A stretch of DNA of 64,000 bases from Thermoclostridium sp. (lineage in GTDB: Bacteria > Bacillota > Clostridia > DSM-8532): positions 143 through 64,142 of the forward strand of contig JAGOJH010000001.1 of NCBI GenBank assembly GCA_017995215.1, given 5' to 3'. Shown piece by piece: positions 25,863 through 35,330 of this stretch. The translations under genes and the position numbers were made by a program. Position 1 is the first letter of the stretch. The number at the start of each line of letters is the position of its first letter. The notes under the pieces were generated by a model, which was not told the origin of the DNA, did not search any database, and worked only from the letters and a program-made list of their open reading frames with translations.

Positions 25863-27473
25863 ATGAATAGAAGGGTTTTATTGCGACAAAGCTCCGAGGC
25901 TTTGGCTGCAGTAGTGATTGTCATAACCATTGTAGTATATGGTTTTGCATTAATATCAGGTATTACCAATCCTCAGCCCGAAACAGTTGCAGCATCACTC
26001 ACCGGTAGTGGTTTGCAGACAGAAGCATCTGTTCAATCAGGCGAGCAATTGTCCAGCAGAATTTCACAAAATACATCTCAAAACGAAATAGAATTATCAA
26101 ATAAAACAAATACAGTGGCTGAAGCCTCAACCGCAAGCCCGAACCAGGCATCTGCTCAGAGTTCGCGCCCCATTGAAGGTGTGAACGCATCAGCGGCAAC
26201 ACAAACCACGAGCGCATCCCCCGGCCAGAACGCACCTTTGCTAGCGCAGACCGACAACACTTCCTCCGGTCAGCAGCCAAGCTCACTGGCGTCAGCGCAG
26301 ACTACAAACACACCCATCAGTTCAACCCCTGCTTCAGCTGAAGATGAAAGCGCCCAAAATGCACCGGCAGTCATTGCTTCAATCAATAACCAGTATGCAA
26401 ACACCGCAGCTGTTCTTGCTGCCGATGCAGGTGAAAAGTTCGCCCTTGAACAAAAAGCCCGGGAACCTGTGTTCAAATACGTCCAGATCGATGAACTGAA
26501 TGTCCGCAGCGGCCCTGGTTCCGACAATGAAAAACTGGCAGAGCTGGGGAAGGGCACCCGCATTCAGGTGCTACAGCAGGCAAATGACAAATGGCTGGAA
26601 GTGATCACCCCCGACAAACAGAAGGGGTATGTCTACGCCGAATACACCGCCGATACAAAACCTCCGGTATATAAATACGTTTCCGTCGACAAGGTAAATC
26701 TACGGGATGGTGCCGGCTCCGATACGGAAAAGCTGGGCACATTGTATCAGGGAACTCGCATTCAGGTCATAGAGGTGCTGGATAAGTGGATCAATATCAT
26801 CACCTCGGATGATGTGAAGGGGTATGTGTATGCCGAATATGTTTCCGATAAGGCACCCGTTGTTTACAAATATGTCAATTCCACCACACTGAATTTAAGA
26901 AAAGGCCCGGATGCCGAAACGAAAAAGCTTGCAACGCTGAAAGCCGGGGATAAGGTCCAGTTTCTTGAAACCAAGGGTGAATGGTCCAGAATTAAGACCA
27001 GCGGCGATGTTGAAGGCTATGTGAAAACGAAATATGTCGTGAACAGCCAAAAGCTGGTTTCCCGTGCTGAAATCCCGCCCCAGCCGCACAATTCCGACCT
27101 GGCCACAAAGGTTCTGGAATATGCACAGAAATTTGTTGGGGTTAAATATGTATATGGCGGAAAATCTCCGAAGGGCTTTGATTGCTCGGGCTTTACCCAA
27201 TATGTATTCGAGCATTTTGATATTGAGGTGCCGCGTTCTGCTGCAGAGTATTATGGCGTTGGCACAAAGGTATCCCGCAGCGATATCAAACCCGGAGATC
27301 TTTTGCTGCTCGACCGGTACTGGGATAATGAGCTGGGGCATGTGGGTATCTACATAGGCGACGATAAGTTTATTCACGCTTCTTCGAGAAAGGCCAAGAT
27401 TGTGATCGCGTCACTTTCAGACTACACAAAATACAGCGGAACCCTTCTGGGTATCCGCAGAGTTATAAAGTAA
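25863..27473 (+). CDS. Cell-wall hydrolase: N-terminal TM anchor, S/T/Q-rich linker, three SH3b domains and a C-terminal NlpC/P60 peptidase domain
   Basis: The start is the ATG at 25863. Three SH3b repeats are present (..YKYV.....LN(V/L)R.G.G.......L..G..). The C-terminus has ..GFDCSGFTQYVFE.. (Cys nucleophile) and ..GHVGIYIGD..FIHAS.. (His). The ORF-track start at 25743 would run through the riboswitch. Confidence 0.85.
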   Translation: MNRRVLLRQSSEALAAVVIVITIVVYGFALISGITNPQPETVAASLTGSGLQTEASVQSGEQLSSRISQNTSQNEIELSNKTNTVAEASTASPNQASAQSSRPIEGVNASAATQTTSASPGQNAPLLAQTDNTSSGQQPSSLASAQTTNTPISSTPASAEDESAQNAPAVIASINNQYANTAAVLAADAGEKFALEQKAREPVFKYVQIDELNVRSGPGSDNEKLAELGKGTRIQVLQQANDKWLEVITPDKQKGYVYAEYTADTKPPVYKYVSVDKVNLRDGAGSDTEKLGTLYQGTRIQVIEVLDKWINIITSDDVKGYVYAEYVSDKAPVVYKYVNSTTLNLRKGPDAETKKLATLKAGDKVQFLETKGEWSRIKTSGDVEGYVKTKYVVNSQKLVSRAEIPPQPHNSDLATKVLEYAQKFVGVKYVYGGKSPKGFDCSGFTQYVFEHFDIEVPRSAAEYYGVGTKVSRSDIKPGDLLLLDRYWDNELGHVGIYIGDDKFIHASSRKAKIVIASLSDYTKYSGTLLGIRRVIK

Positions 27474-27492
27474 GACAAATATATTGAATAAC

Positions 27493-27524
27493 AAAAACCT
27501 CCGGCGCTTTTCCGGAGGTTTTTT
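27493..27524 (+). terminator. Rho-independent terminator
   Basis: ACCTCCGG-cgctttt-CCGGAGGT followed by TTTTT. Confidence 0.75.
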
Positions 27525-27619
27525 AGTGGATTTAAAAATATTCATTCACATTTTTCGTATGCAGGAATATTTTAGTAAATCACGCATGGCAGATATCTTC
27601 CTGCACTGATTCCCGTCCT

Positions 27620-28753
27620 TTACAGGCCCATCATCTCATAGGTGAGATTACGAACCTTCGGATGGATGACATTATAAGCATAACCACAGTTTAAAACATG
27701 CTGGGCATAAAAGAGGGCTAAATGATTTTCCGTGTCAATCAGCGCGAAGGCTCCGGCGGCACCGTCCCAGCCAAACTCGCCCAAGGGGCTTCGGGCACCC
27801 GAGCTCTGTCGTTCTATGAGGGTGCGCACACCCAGTGCATAGCTGTAACCATACCTGCACCATGCATCAAAATCCTTTTTGGATTCCCCTTTCAGCTGGT
27901 CCTTGCGCATCAGGTTGATACTGTCCATGGAAAGCACCCTGTAACCATCGGCACTGACACCTTCATTACACATGGCGTCGAGAAACAGAATGTAGTCATC
28001 GACGGTTGAAATCAAGCCTGCGCCTGCACTCTGAAAATTTCTGGTCAAGGCATAACGGTTTTTGTTTGGTACCGATGTGGATGTTTTTGATTCCATATGG
28101 TACTCAAACTGACCGGCCAGGTTTGCCTTTCTTTCCAGTGTCAATTCAAACCCCGTATTCTTCATGCCCAGGGGATTAAACAGATGCTCTTCGAAGTATT
28201 TGCCTAACTGCTGCCCTGAAACCACTTCAATGACTGCCCCCAGCACATCGTGGCTGAGACTGTATTGAAAACGGGTGCCCGGTTCAAAATCAAGAGGCTC
28301 ATTGGCCAAAGCCGCAACAACCTGCCTTGTGGTAGCCTCATACTCGGAAGCTCCCAGAATCTTCAGGATGGACGGTGCATCGAGGTTATAGTTCAAACCG
28401 CTTTGCATGGACAACAGGTGACGAACCGTAATTGGTTTTTTTGCAGGTCGAACCCCCGAACCCTCCTTTACCTTCATCGTCATAAATTCCGGCAGGTATT
28501 CGGAAACCGGAGTGTCCAGGCCGATGCGCCCCTGTTCAATTAGCTGCATCACTGCTGTACAGGTAAACAGCTTTGTTGCGGAATACAGCCAATAGGTGTT
28601 TGTTTGCGCTAACGGCTTTTTGCTGACTATGTCGGCATACCCCATCATATGACGAAAAACAGGCTTGTGATTGTAATATACTGCACAGTCGCAGCCCGGT
28701 ATGCCGCATTCCTCCAAGGAATTCAGGTAATTGATTAAAATCTCTTTATTCAT
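27620..28753 (-). CDS. Serine hydrolase of the beta-lactamase/transpeptidase fold (class C beta-lactamase-related family)
   Basis: ..YWLYSATKLFT.. is the S-x-x-K motif, and the length is typical. The start was reassigned to the ATG at 28753 (GGAAAGGTG RBS, MNKEILINYL..). Confidence 0.75.
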   Translation of the reverse strand: MNKEILINYLNSLEECGIPGCDCAVYYNHKPVFRHMMGYADIVSKKPLAQTNTYWLYSATKLFTCTAVMQLIEQGRIGLDTPVSEYLPEFMTMKVKEGSGVRPAKKPITVRHLLSMQSGLNYNLDAPSILKILGASEYEATTRQVVAALANEPLDFEPGTRFQYSLSHDVLGAVIEVVSGQQLGKYFEEHLFNPLGMKNTGFELTLERKANLAGQFEYHMESKTSTSVPNKNRYALTRNFQSAGAGLISTVDDYILFLDAMCNEGVSADGYRVLSMDSINLMRKDQLKGESKKDFDAWCRYGYSYALGVRTLIERQSSGARSPLGEFGWDGAAGAFALIDTENHLALFYAQHVLNCGYAYNVIHPKVRNLTYEMMGL

Positions 28754-28916
28754 AACTCTACACCTTTCCAATGGTCCATTCATTTTTGATTGTATACTAA
28801 AAAAGTTCCCAATTCCATAGCAGAATTTTAATGTAAATAAAACGCCTGCATTTGCATGCAATCGCTTCCCTTGTTATAATAATAATGACGATACCTACCG
28901 AGAAAAGGAAGTATAT

Positions 28917-29414
28917 ATGGAAAAACGCAGAATCATGACAATTGCTGTACTGACCCTCCTGTTCGCCACCGTTGCCTTCATCTGGGGAAATTCTATGAAG
29001 AGCATGGCACAATCTCAACAGATGAGCCAGACTTTCATGAAAATCATCGTGCCGTTCCTGGAGTTCTTTCTTGGCCAGGGGAACGTTACCGAACACATCG
29101 TCCGAAAGCTTGCACACTTCACTGAATTTGGCATGCTGGGGGTAGAATTGGCATTATTGCTCATCCTCTATCGCCCGATACGGCTGCAATCCATCCTAAA
29201 TGGCCTGTTTACCGGCCTCGTAATCGCTCTTTCCGATGAAACCATTCAAATATTCTTTAAACGAGGACCACAGATACAGGATGTGTGGCTGGATTTTACC
29301 GGTGTGGCAGCAGGCCTTTTTCTGGTTCTTCTCATTTATCTTCTGATTGTCCGCATTCAAAAAACCCATGGGTCCTCTCGCATAAAATCAAAAAGTGGTG
29401 AAATAGCGAGATAA
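28917..29414 (+). CDS. VanZ-like family membrane protein
   Basis: 165 aa, 4 TM, with ..KLAHFTEFGMLGVELALLL.., typical of the VanZ family. Confidence 0.7.
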   Translation: MEKRRIMTIAVLTLLFATVAFIWGNSMKSMAQSQQMSQTFMKIIVPFLEFFLGQGNVTEHIVRKLAHFTEFGMLGVELALLLILYRPIRLQSILNGLFTGLVIALSDETIQIFFKRGPQIQDVWLDFTGVAAGLFLVLLIYLLIVRIQKTHGSSRIKSKSGEIAR

Positions 29415-29583
29415 TTAACGAAAAACTTAGCAATACTCATCTATTCACTATTCACCGAAAAGAGTTCATGAATACATATGAAAAGTTCACATGAACGGTA
29501 TTTACAATCAACAGAACCTAGTATATAATAGATTCAAGTTCGGAAACAACGAACCAGGAAGTGAAGTGGAAGGGAGGTATCCT

Positions 29584-30129
29584 ATGAAACCACCTGCTTA
29601 TTTTCCAGGGACAACGGTTCAAATTTCATCGACAGGGCTGCTTGAGGGGATTTTCAATGTAACCAATGGGATTACTCTGTCGCAGGTGTGTGAAATTACA
29701 GGGCTTGAGGCCAGTACCATTCAAAACTGGATCAAGAGGGGTTATGTGAGCCCGCCGGTTAACCGGAAGTACTCCAAGAACCATTTGGGACGTATTATTC
29801 TGATTAGTTTGTTTAGAGGCACCTTCGTGATTGAAAGGGTTGCCAGCCTGATAAGCTATGTTAACGGCGACCTGTTAGATCGTTCCGACGACATTATGGA
29901 TGACAGCGATATATACCAATGCCTTTGTGATGTTTTAATCACTTCAGACAATAAGGTGGATGTGCATGGCAGCCATTTGCAGCAGAAACTTGATGAGCGT
30001 CTGAAAACCTTTCAAGAGCCCTTTCCAGGTGCAAAGAATCGGTTAAGGTTAATTCTCGAAGCATTGGTTTACGCTTGCTTATCAGCTGAATACATAAAGG
30101 CGGCAAACCATCTGACAAAAAACATTTAG
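29584..30129 (+). CDS. DUF1836-family (MerR-like HTH) protein
   Basis: ..ITLSQVCEITGLEASTIQNWIKRGYVSPPVNRKYSKNHLGRIILISLFR.. The start was set to the ATG at 29584 (GGAAGGGAGG RBS). Confidence 0.6.
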   Translation: MKPPAYFPGTTVQISSTGLLEGIFNVTNGITLSQVCEITGLEASTIQNWIKRGYVSPPVNRKYSKNHLGRIILISLFRGTFVIERVASLISYVNGDLLDRSDDIMDDSDIYQCLCDVLITSDNKVDVHGSHLQQKLDERLKTFQEPFPGAKNRLRLILEALVYACLSAEYIKAANHLTKNI

Positions 30130-30274
30130 TCACACTGCCCGGAATAATATATTCATAGAAAGATGCCGGCGTCCAAAGCTGGTAATCCCCGTGGCACAAT
30201 AATCATTACACTGGTACGTTTATGGCTTTCCAGGCCGAATGTATGGTGTGGAATAAAGCAGAAAGGAGAATTAT

Positions 30275-31099
30275 ATGGAATGGTGGAATTCTTTAACTGA
30301 TTTGCAAAGAGTGCTTGCATCTATTGCCGCACCGGCAACGCTTTTCATGGTTCTTCAGTTTGCCCTGATGCTGTTTGGTTTTATCCAGGTGGGCGAAGCC
30401 GATTCACCTGACGGGGCAGATCATGGCGATTTGAATTTGCATGATGGGATGGACGGACACGACATTGCAGATGGTCATGTCCACGACGTTTTCAGCGGTG
30501 AAGGGCACGACATAGCGGACAGCCATGTCCACGAAGTCTTCAGCGGTGACAGCCATGATATGACGGACGTCCATCAGGATATTGACCACGACACCGTTCA
30601 TGGAGTTGCCCATGGAATTGAACATGGCCATGCTCACGGTCATCACACTGAACACAGCCATGATAAGGGTGATGCGCTGCGTCTGTTTACTGTCAGAGGA
30701 ATTGTCGCATTTTTATCTGTAGGTGGATGGATGGGTGTTGTGGCCATTGACTGGAACTTCCCCGGTATCCTGGCGGTTATTCTGGCAGTTGCAGTGGGTT
30801 GGCTGGCCTTGTGGTTTGTCGCATGGATCATCCGCGCTTTTGTCAGAATGCAGCAAAGCGGCAATGTTAGAATGGAGAATGCTGTGGGCAAGGAAGGCGA
30901 TGTTTACCTGACGATACCCGTAAACGGGCATGGGAAAGTGAATGTGATTGTTCAGGATCGCTTATGTGAAATGGATGCAGTTTCAAAAGCCGACCGTCCT
31001 ATTAAAACAGGCGAGAAGATTACAGTTTTGGCAATCGCATCCGAAGGAGTGCTTCTGGTTGCGCCGAAAGAAGCTTCACAGCAGAAAGAATCGGCATAA
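30275..31099 (+). CDS. NfeD-family membrane protein (flotillin partner, YuaF/YqiJ-like) with an N-terminal His/Asp-rich repeat region
   Basis: A TM hairpin is followed by the C-terminal OB-fold region ..GKEGDVYLTIPVNGHGKVNVIVQDRLCEMDAVS....IKTGEKITVLAI.. The N-terminal 40-130 region carries repeats DGHDIADGHVHDVFSGEGHDIADSHVHEVFSGDSHDM..HGHAHGHH. Confidence 0.7.
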   Translation: MEWWNSLTDLQRVLASIAAPATLFMVLQFALMLFGFIQVGEADSPDGADHGDLNLHDGMDGHDIADGHVHDVFSGEGHDIADSHVHEVFSGDSHDMTDVHQDIDHDTVHGVAHGIEHGHAHGHHTEHSHDKGDALRLFTVRGIVAFLSVGGWMGVVAIDWNFPGILAVILAVAVGWLALWFVAWIIRAFVRMQQSGNVRMENAVGKEGDVYLTIPVNGHGKVNVIVQDRLCEMDAVSKADRPIKTGEKITVLAIASEGVLLVAPKEASQQKESA

Positions 31100-31298
31100 T
31101 TAGTTTCCATGAACCGGAAAATTAACTAGTAACCTTACAAAACTATCGTATAGAAATGAAAACAGAAAGCTTGCATCCATATGATTGTTCTGCATAACTG
31201 GCAGTCAGCCGTCATGCACGAATAGTAAACGCAAGCTTATATCAGGTCAAAAATCCCCCCACGGGGTTTTTAAATAATGTGTAGGAGGTCATTATAAA

Positions 31299-32702
31299 AT
31301 GCCAAGTGAATTCATTCTTACCGCAGTTATCGTTATCCTGGTTTTTTCAACCCTGATGTTCATTATCTCCCGGTACAAGAGGTGCCCGTCCGACCGTGTC
31401 ATGGTTATCTACGGTAATGTAGGCTCGTCAAAAGATGGCACAGCCCTTTCGGCGAAATGTATCCATGGTGGCGCCGGGTTTATATGGCCGGTCATCCAGG
31501 CTTACGAATTTTTAGACCTGACACCGATGTCCATCAGCGTTGACCTGAAGAGCGCACTTAGCCGCCAGAATATCCGTATTGACGTTCCGTCAAGCTTTAC
31601 AGTGGGTATTTCCACTGAAGCCGGTGTCATGCAGAACGCAGCAGAAAGGTTATTGGGCCTGAAGCTTGCTCAAATTCAAGACCTTGCCAAAGACATCATT
31701 TTTGGTCAGCTGCGTCTGGTTATCGCCACGATGGATATTGAGGAAATCAACACCGACAGGGATAAGTTCCTGGATGCCGTATCCAGCAACGTGGAAACTG
31801 AATTGAAGAAAATTGGTCTTCGCCTGATCAACGTAAACGTTACTGACATCAGTGACGAATCTGGCTATATCGTTGCTCTTGGTAGAGAAGCCGCTGCAAA
31901 AGCCATCAATGACGCAAAGCGGACAGTTGCAGAAAAGGAAAGAGACGGTGCTATTGGTGAGGCAAATGCCCGACGTGACCAGAGAATCCAGGTGGCTTCC
32001 GCCGATGCCGAAGCCATTAAGGGTGAAAACGAATCCAAGGCCCAGGTGGCCATGTCTAACGCTGTACGCCGTGAACGCGAAGCAGAGGCCTTGAAGATTG
32101 CTACCTCATCTGAGAAGATCCAGACAGCGAAGGCGTTAATGGAAGCCTATGTTGCCGAGCAGGAAGCAGAGCTTGCCCGTGCCGCCCGTGAAAAAGCCAC
32201 CCAGGAAGCAGACGTCCTGGTGAGTGCTGAAATTGAAAAGAAGAGGCTTGAACTGGAAGCAGAGGCACAGGCCGAGCAGATCAGACGCCTGGCAAAAGGT
32301 GATGCCGACGCTATTTACCTGAAGATGGAGGCTGAAGCCCGCGGTACACAGGAAGTCCTGACCAAACAAGCCATGGGTTATGCTCAGCTGGTTCAGGCAG
32401 CCGGCGGTGATGCTGTGAATGCTACACGCATGCTGCTTGCAGACAAGATGGAAGAGCTGATGAAGGTTCAGGTTGAAGCCATTAAGAACATCAAGATCGA
32501 CAAAGTAACTGTATGGGATGGTATGGGCGGTAAGGAAGGAACGACGGCGACTGCCGGTTTCCTTTCCGGAATGCTGAAATCCATTCCTCCGATGAACGAG
32601 ATGTTTAAGATGGCCGGCATGGAATTACCTGAAATCCTGGGTAAAAATGCTGAAAAGTCAACATCCGCAGAGCCTGCGGCCAATGAAACCAAAGCTCAAT
32701 AA
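31299..32702 (+). CDS. Flotillin-family SPFH/band-7 protein (FloT/YuaG-like)
   Basis: 467 aa with an N-terminal membrane anchor, an SPFH domain (..RIDVPSSFTVGISTEAG..), and long Ala/Glu-rich coiled-coil flotillin repeats (EAEA..). Confidence 0.85.
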   Translation: MPSEFILTAVIVILVFSTLMFIISRYKRCPSDRVMVIYGNVGSSKDGTALSAKCIHGGAGFIWPVIQAYEFLDLTPMSISVDLKSALSRQNIRIDVPSSFTVGISTEAGVMQNAAERLLGLKLAQIQDLAKDIIFGQLRLVIATMDIEEINTDRDKFLDAVSSNVETELKKIGLRLINVNVTDISDESGYIVALGREAAAKAINDAKRTVAEKERDGAIGEANARRDQRIQVASADAEAIKGENESKAQVAMSNAVRREREAEALKIATSSEKIQTAKALMEAYVAEQEAELARAAREKATQEADVLVSAEIEKKRLELEAEAQAEQIRRLAKGDADAIYLKMEAEARGTQEVLTKQAMGYAQLVQAAGGDAVNATRMLLADKMEELMKVQVEAIKNIKIDKVTVWDGMGGKEGTTATAGFLSGMLKSIPPMNEMFKMAGMELPEILGKNAEKSTSAEPAANETKAQ

Positions 32703-33057
32703 ATTTGTTTTTAAGTTTTCCATAATATAATACCATAATATCACCTTCGAACTCACGAGACCATTCGTGGGTTCTTTTTTATGGCGGGAGTTCGGCAAGG
32801 TTTATGGCACAAGCGCTTTCCTCTTTATTATCTGCCTTCCTGGCTCTGTTTGTTGTTTCTACTTAACCGTTTGGTGGTAAGGTATGGAAGATGTACTTTT
32901 CCTTGCTGAAAGATGTCTGCCTGTGCACATCAGTATGTTGTTTATTCTGTGCATGCAGTGGTAAAAATGAAACAACTAAGCCTGACTTCTTGAAGAATAG
33001 ATTGAATAAAGGTTTTGAACAATCACAGTATCAGTGTGCAGGTAAACCATCCTTTGC

Positions 33058-35181
33058 TTGCAGCATCTTCAGGCAGGTACTCCAGGGAGGGTTCATTGCA
33101 TCTTGGGAGAAGGTGTTTTTTTGGATAAAATTTTGAAGATGCGCCGAAATGTTCCGTCTGTTCTGAAAGCAATAGATGCATCAAACGATGAAAAGCAGAT
33201 TGAGTTGTATGAAAACATTCTGACAGCATTGTTCGCGTCACCAGTACTGGTAGTTGGTATAATAACACACATCATCATCAGAAACCTTTTATGGCACCAG
33301 CCTATCCAGGACACATTATACAGCAGTATCTTTTACCTTTCAATTGCGGCGTTGTTTGAACTGGTTACAAGAGTACAAATTAAACCACGTCACATGACAC
33401 ATTTTGTTTCCATACTGATCAACCTTTGGTTCCTTTATACAATTGATCATTTCTTTATTAATGTAACCCCAGCCGTTTTAACCATGGGCTTTATTCAAAT
33501 CATCCTCGCTCTTAGCCGAACGAACCGCATTATGCTTTACTATGTAGGTGCAAGCTTAATTATTTCGGGTATAAATTTAAGGATCTTTCATTTTGGTAAG
33601 TCTGTTTTGATGAATCAGGCTTACTTTACCGTTCAGTTTGGATTGTTTTTTGTCCTCTTCATTGCTGCAGCCATTGTGATGAAGACAAACGAAAACCGGT
33701 TTTTAAAAGAAAGAAAGATGTTTTTAGAAGCCATGCACCAAAAAGAGGAAATTCTTTCGCTTTATGAGGAAGTTTCTGCAACAGAGGAAGAGCTTCGCGG
33801 CCAGAATGAACAGCTGAAAGAATACAATGAGCAGATGTATGAGAAGGAAGTAAAGCTGAACTATATCTCTTATTTCGATCCGCTGACAGGTCTGCCCAAC
33901 CGGGAAATGATCCTTGTACGGCTTCAGTCAATGCTGCGTTTGAACCAAAAGAAAAATCCAGTGTATATTGTCTTTTTTGATGTTGATAATTTCAAGCATA
34001 TCAATGATACCCAGGGATATCGTGCAGGGGATGAACTGTTGAATAAGGTTACAGAAATCCTGAATCGAAGCATGGCTGAGGAAGATCTGGCAGGAAGGCT
34101 GGGTGGAGATGAGTTTGCGCTGCTGATTCAGAGGCCCATGGATGAGAACAGTGCTTTTCGCTTCATCGACCAAATCCGCCGGTGCATTTCCGAAATAGAA
34201 ATTTCGGAAGCCCCTAATATCAGCCCCTCTGCAAGCTTTGGTGTGTCAGTGTACCCCTTCGACGGCGAAGAGGAGATTGAACTGATGAGATGCGCTGATA
34301 CTGCCATGTTTAAAGCAAAGGAAAAAGGAAGAAACAACATACAGTTTTATAGAGGAGATATGAAGGAAGAGATCCTTCGAAAAATTGAACTGGAGAAACA
34401 ATTAGCAGAAGCTGTGAAAAACGTTGAATTCCTTCTGTATTTCCAACCTCAGTTTTCGCTGGATGACAGCAACAGCATCCGTGGTTTTGAAGCCCTCATC
34501 CGATGGAAATCCTCCCGGGGCATTATCAGCCCGATGGATTTTATACCGTTGGCTGAAAAATCAGGTTTAATTATTCCCATTGGGAAATGGGTGATGCTAA
34601 CCGCGTGCCAGATGTTTCAAGAGCTTTGCGCACATTATGATCTGGATGCTCTGATATCAGTAAACATATCGGCGGTGCAGATGAGAGATAAGGGTTTTGT
34701 TCAGCTGGTAAAGGACGTTTTAAGAGAAACACAGATGGAACCGTACAGGCTTGAATTCGAGATTACGGAATCCATGCTGATTGAATCCCCGAAAGAAACG
34801 GTGGAACTGTTGAAAGAACTGAAAACATTGGGTATTCATATTTCGCTGGATGACTTTGGGACCGGTTATTCTTCCCTGAATTATCTGAAGATGCTTCCCA
34901 TCGATACGCTGAAGATTGATAAAGCTTTTGTAGATGACATTGCTGCCGAGGCATATTCCAAAAACCTTCTCGGAGATATGATACATATGGCACATCACCT
35001 GAACCTTTCTGTGATTGCCGAGGGTGTGGAAACGGAAGAGCAGCTGGAGTTCCTCAAAGCTACCGGCTGTGATTATGCCCAGGGATACCTTCTGAGCAGA
35101 CCGAAAGAGATGAGTTCTATTCAGGAACTGCTGGCTAAGAGAAAAGAAGGCACGAAACAAGCAGAACAGGGGATTGCATAG
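33058..35181 (+). CDS. Membrane-anchored GGDEF–EAL protein (diguanylate cyclase/phosphodiesterase). The start codon is uncertain: 33058, the TTG near 33100, or 33139.
   Basis: An integral membrane N-domain of about 6 TM is followed by a coiled coil. The GGDEF domain has ..RLGGDEFALL.. and the EAL domain has ..FEALIRW..., ..DDFGTGYSSL.., ..KIDKAFV... Confidence 0.85.
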   Translation: MQHLQAGTPGRVHCILGEGVFLDKILKMRRNVPSVLKAIDASNDEKQIELYENILTALFASPVLVVGIITHIIIRNLLWHQPIQDTLYSSIFYLSIAALFELVTRVQIKPRHMTHFVSILINLWFLYTIDHFFINVTPAVLTMGFIQIILALSRTNRIMLYYVGASLIISGINLRIFHFGKSVLMNQAYFTVQFGLFFVLFIAAAIVMKTNENRFLKERKMFLEAMHQKEEILSLYEEVSATEEELRGQNEQLKEYNEQMYEKEVKLNYISYFDPLTGLPNREMILVRLQSMLRLNQKKNPVYIVFFDVDNFKHINDTQGYRAGDELLNKVTEILNRSMAEEDLAGRLGGDEFALLIQRPMDENSAFRFIDQIRRCISEIEISEAPNISPSASFGVSVYPFDGEEEIELMRCADTAMFKAKEKGRNNIQFYRGDMKEEILRKIELEKQLAEAVKNVEFLLYFQPQFSLDDSNSIRGFEALIRWKSSRGIISPMDFIPLAEKSGLIIPIGKWVMLTACQMFQELCAHYDLDALISVNISAVQMRDKGFVQLVKDVLRETQMEPYRLEFEITESMLIESPKETVELLKELKTLGIHISLDDFGTGYSSLNYLKMLPIDTLKIDKAFVDDIAAEAYSKNLLGDMIHMAHHLNLSVIAEGVETEEQLEFLKATGCDYAQGYLLSRPKEMSSIQELLAKRKEGTKQAEQGIA

Positions 35182-35330
35182 TGTCTTTTCAGGCAAGTGC
35201 CAAAAACGTATGATGCGGTTACCGATGAATTAAGGAGGCCAAAAGCATATGCCGGTAGATGTGCCTGTTTGTATTGTTGTAAGCCATCAGGCGACATTAT
35301 TGTTCAATATAGCGCGATGGAGAGTGAAGC

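Noticed and set aside
32891-33136. 81-aa Cys-rich ORF (MYFSLLKDVCLCTSVCCLFCACSG...) upstream of and overlapping the GGDEF-EAL gene
   Set aside because: It has no convincing RBS. It overlaps the probable start region of the GGDEF-EAL gene in another frame. Its composition looks like a translated AT/GT-rich leader. It is probably not coding.
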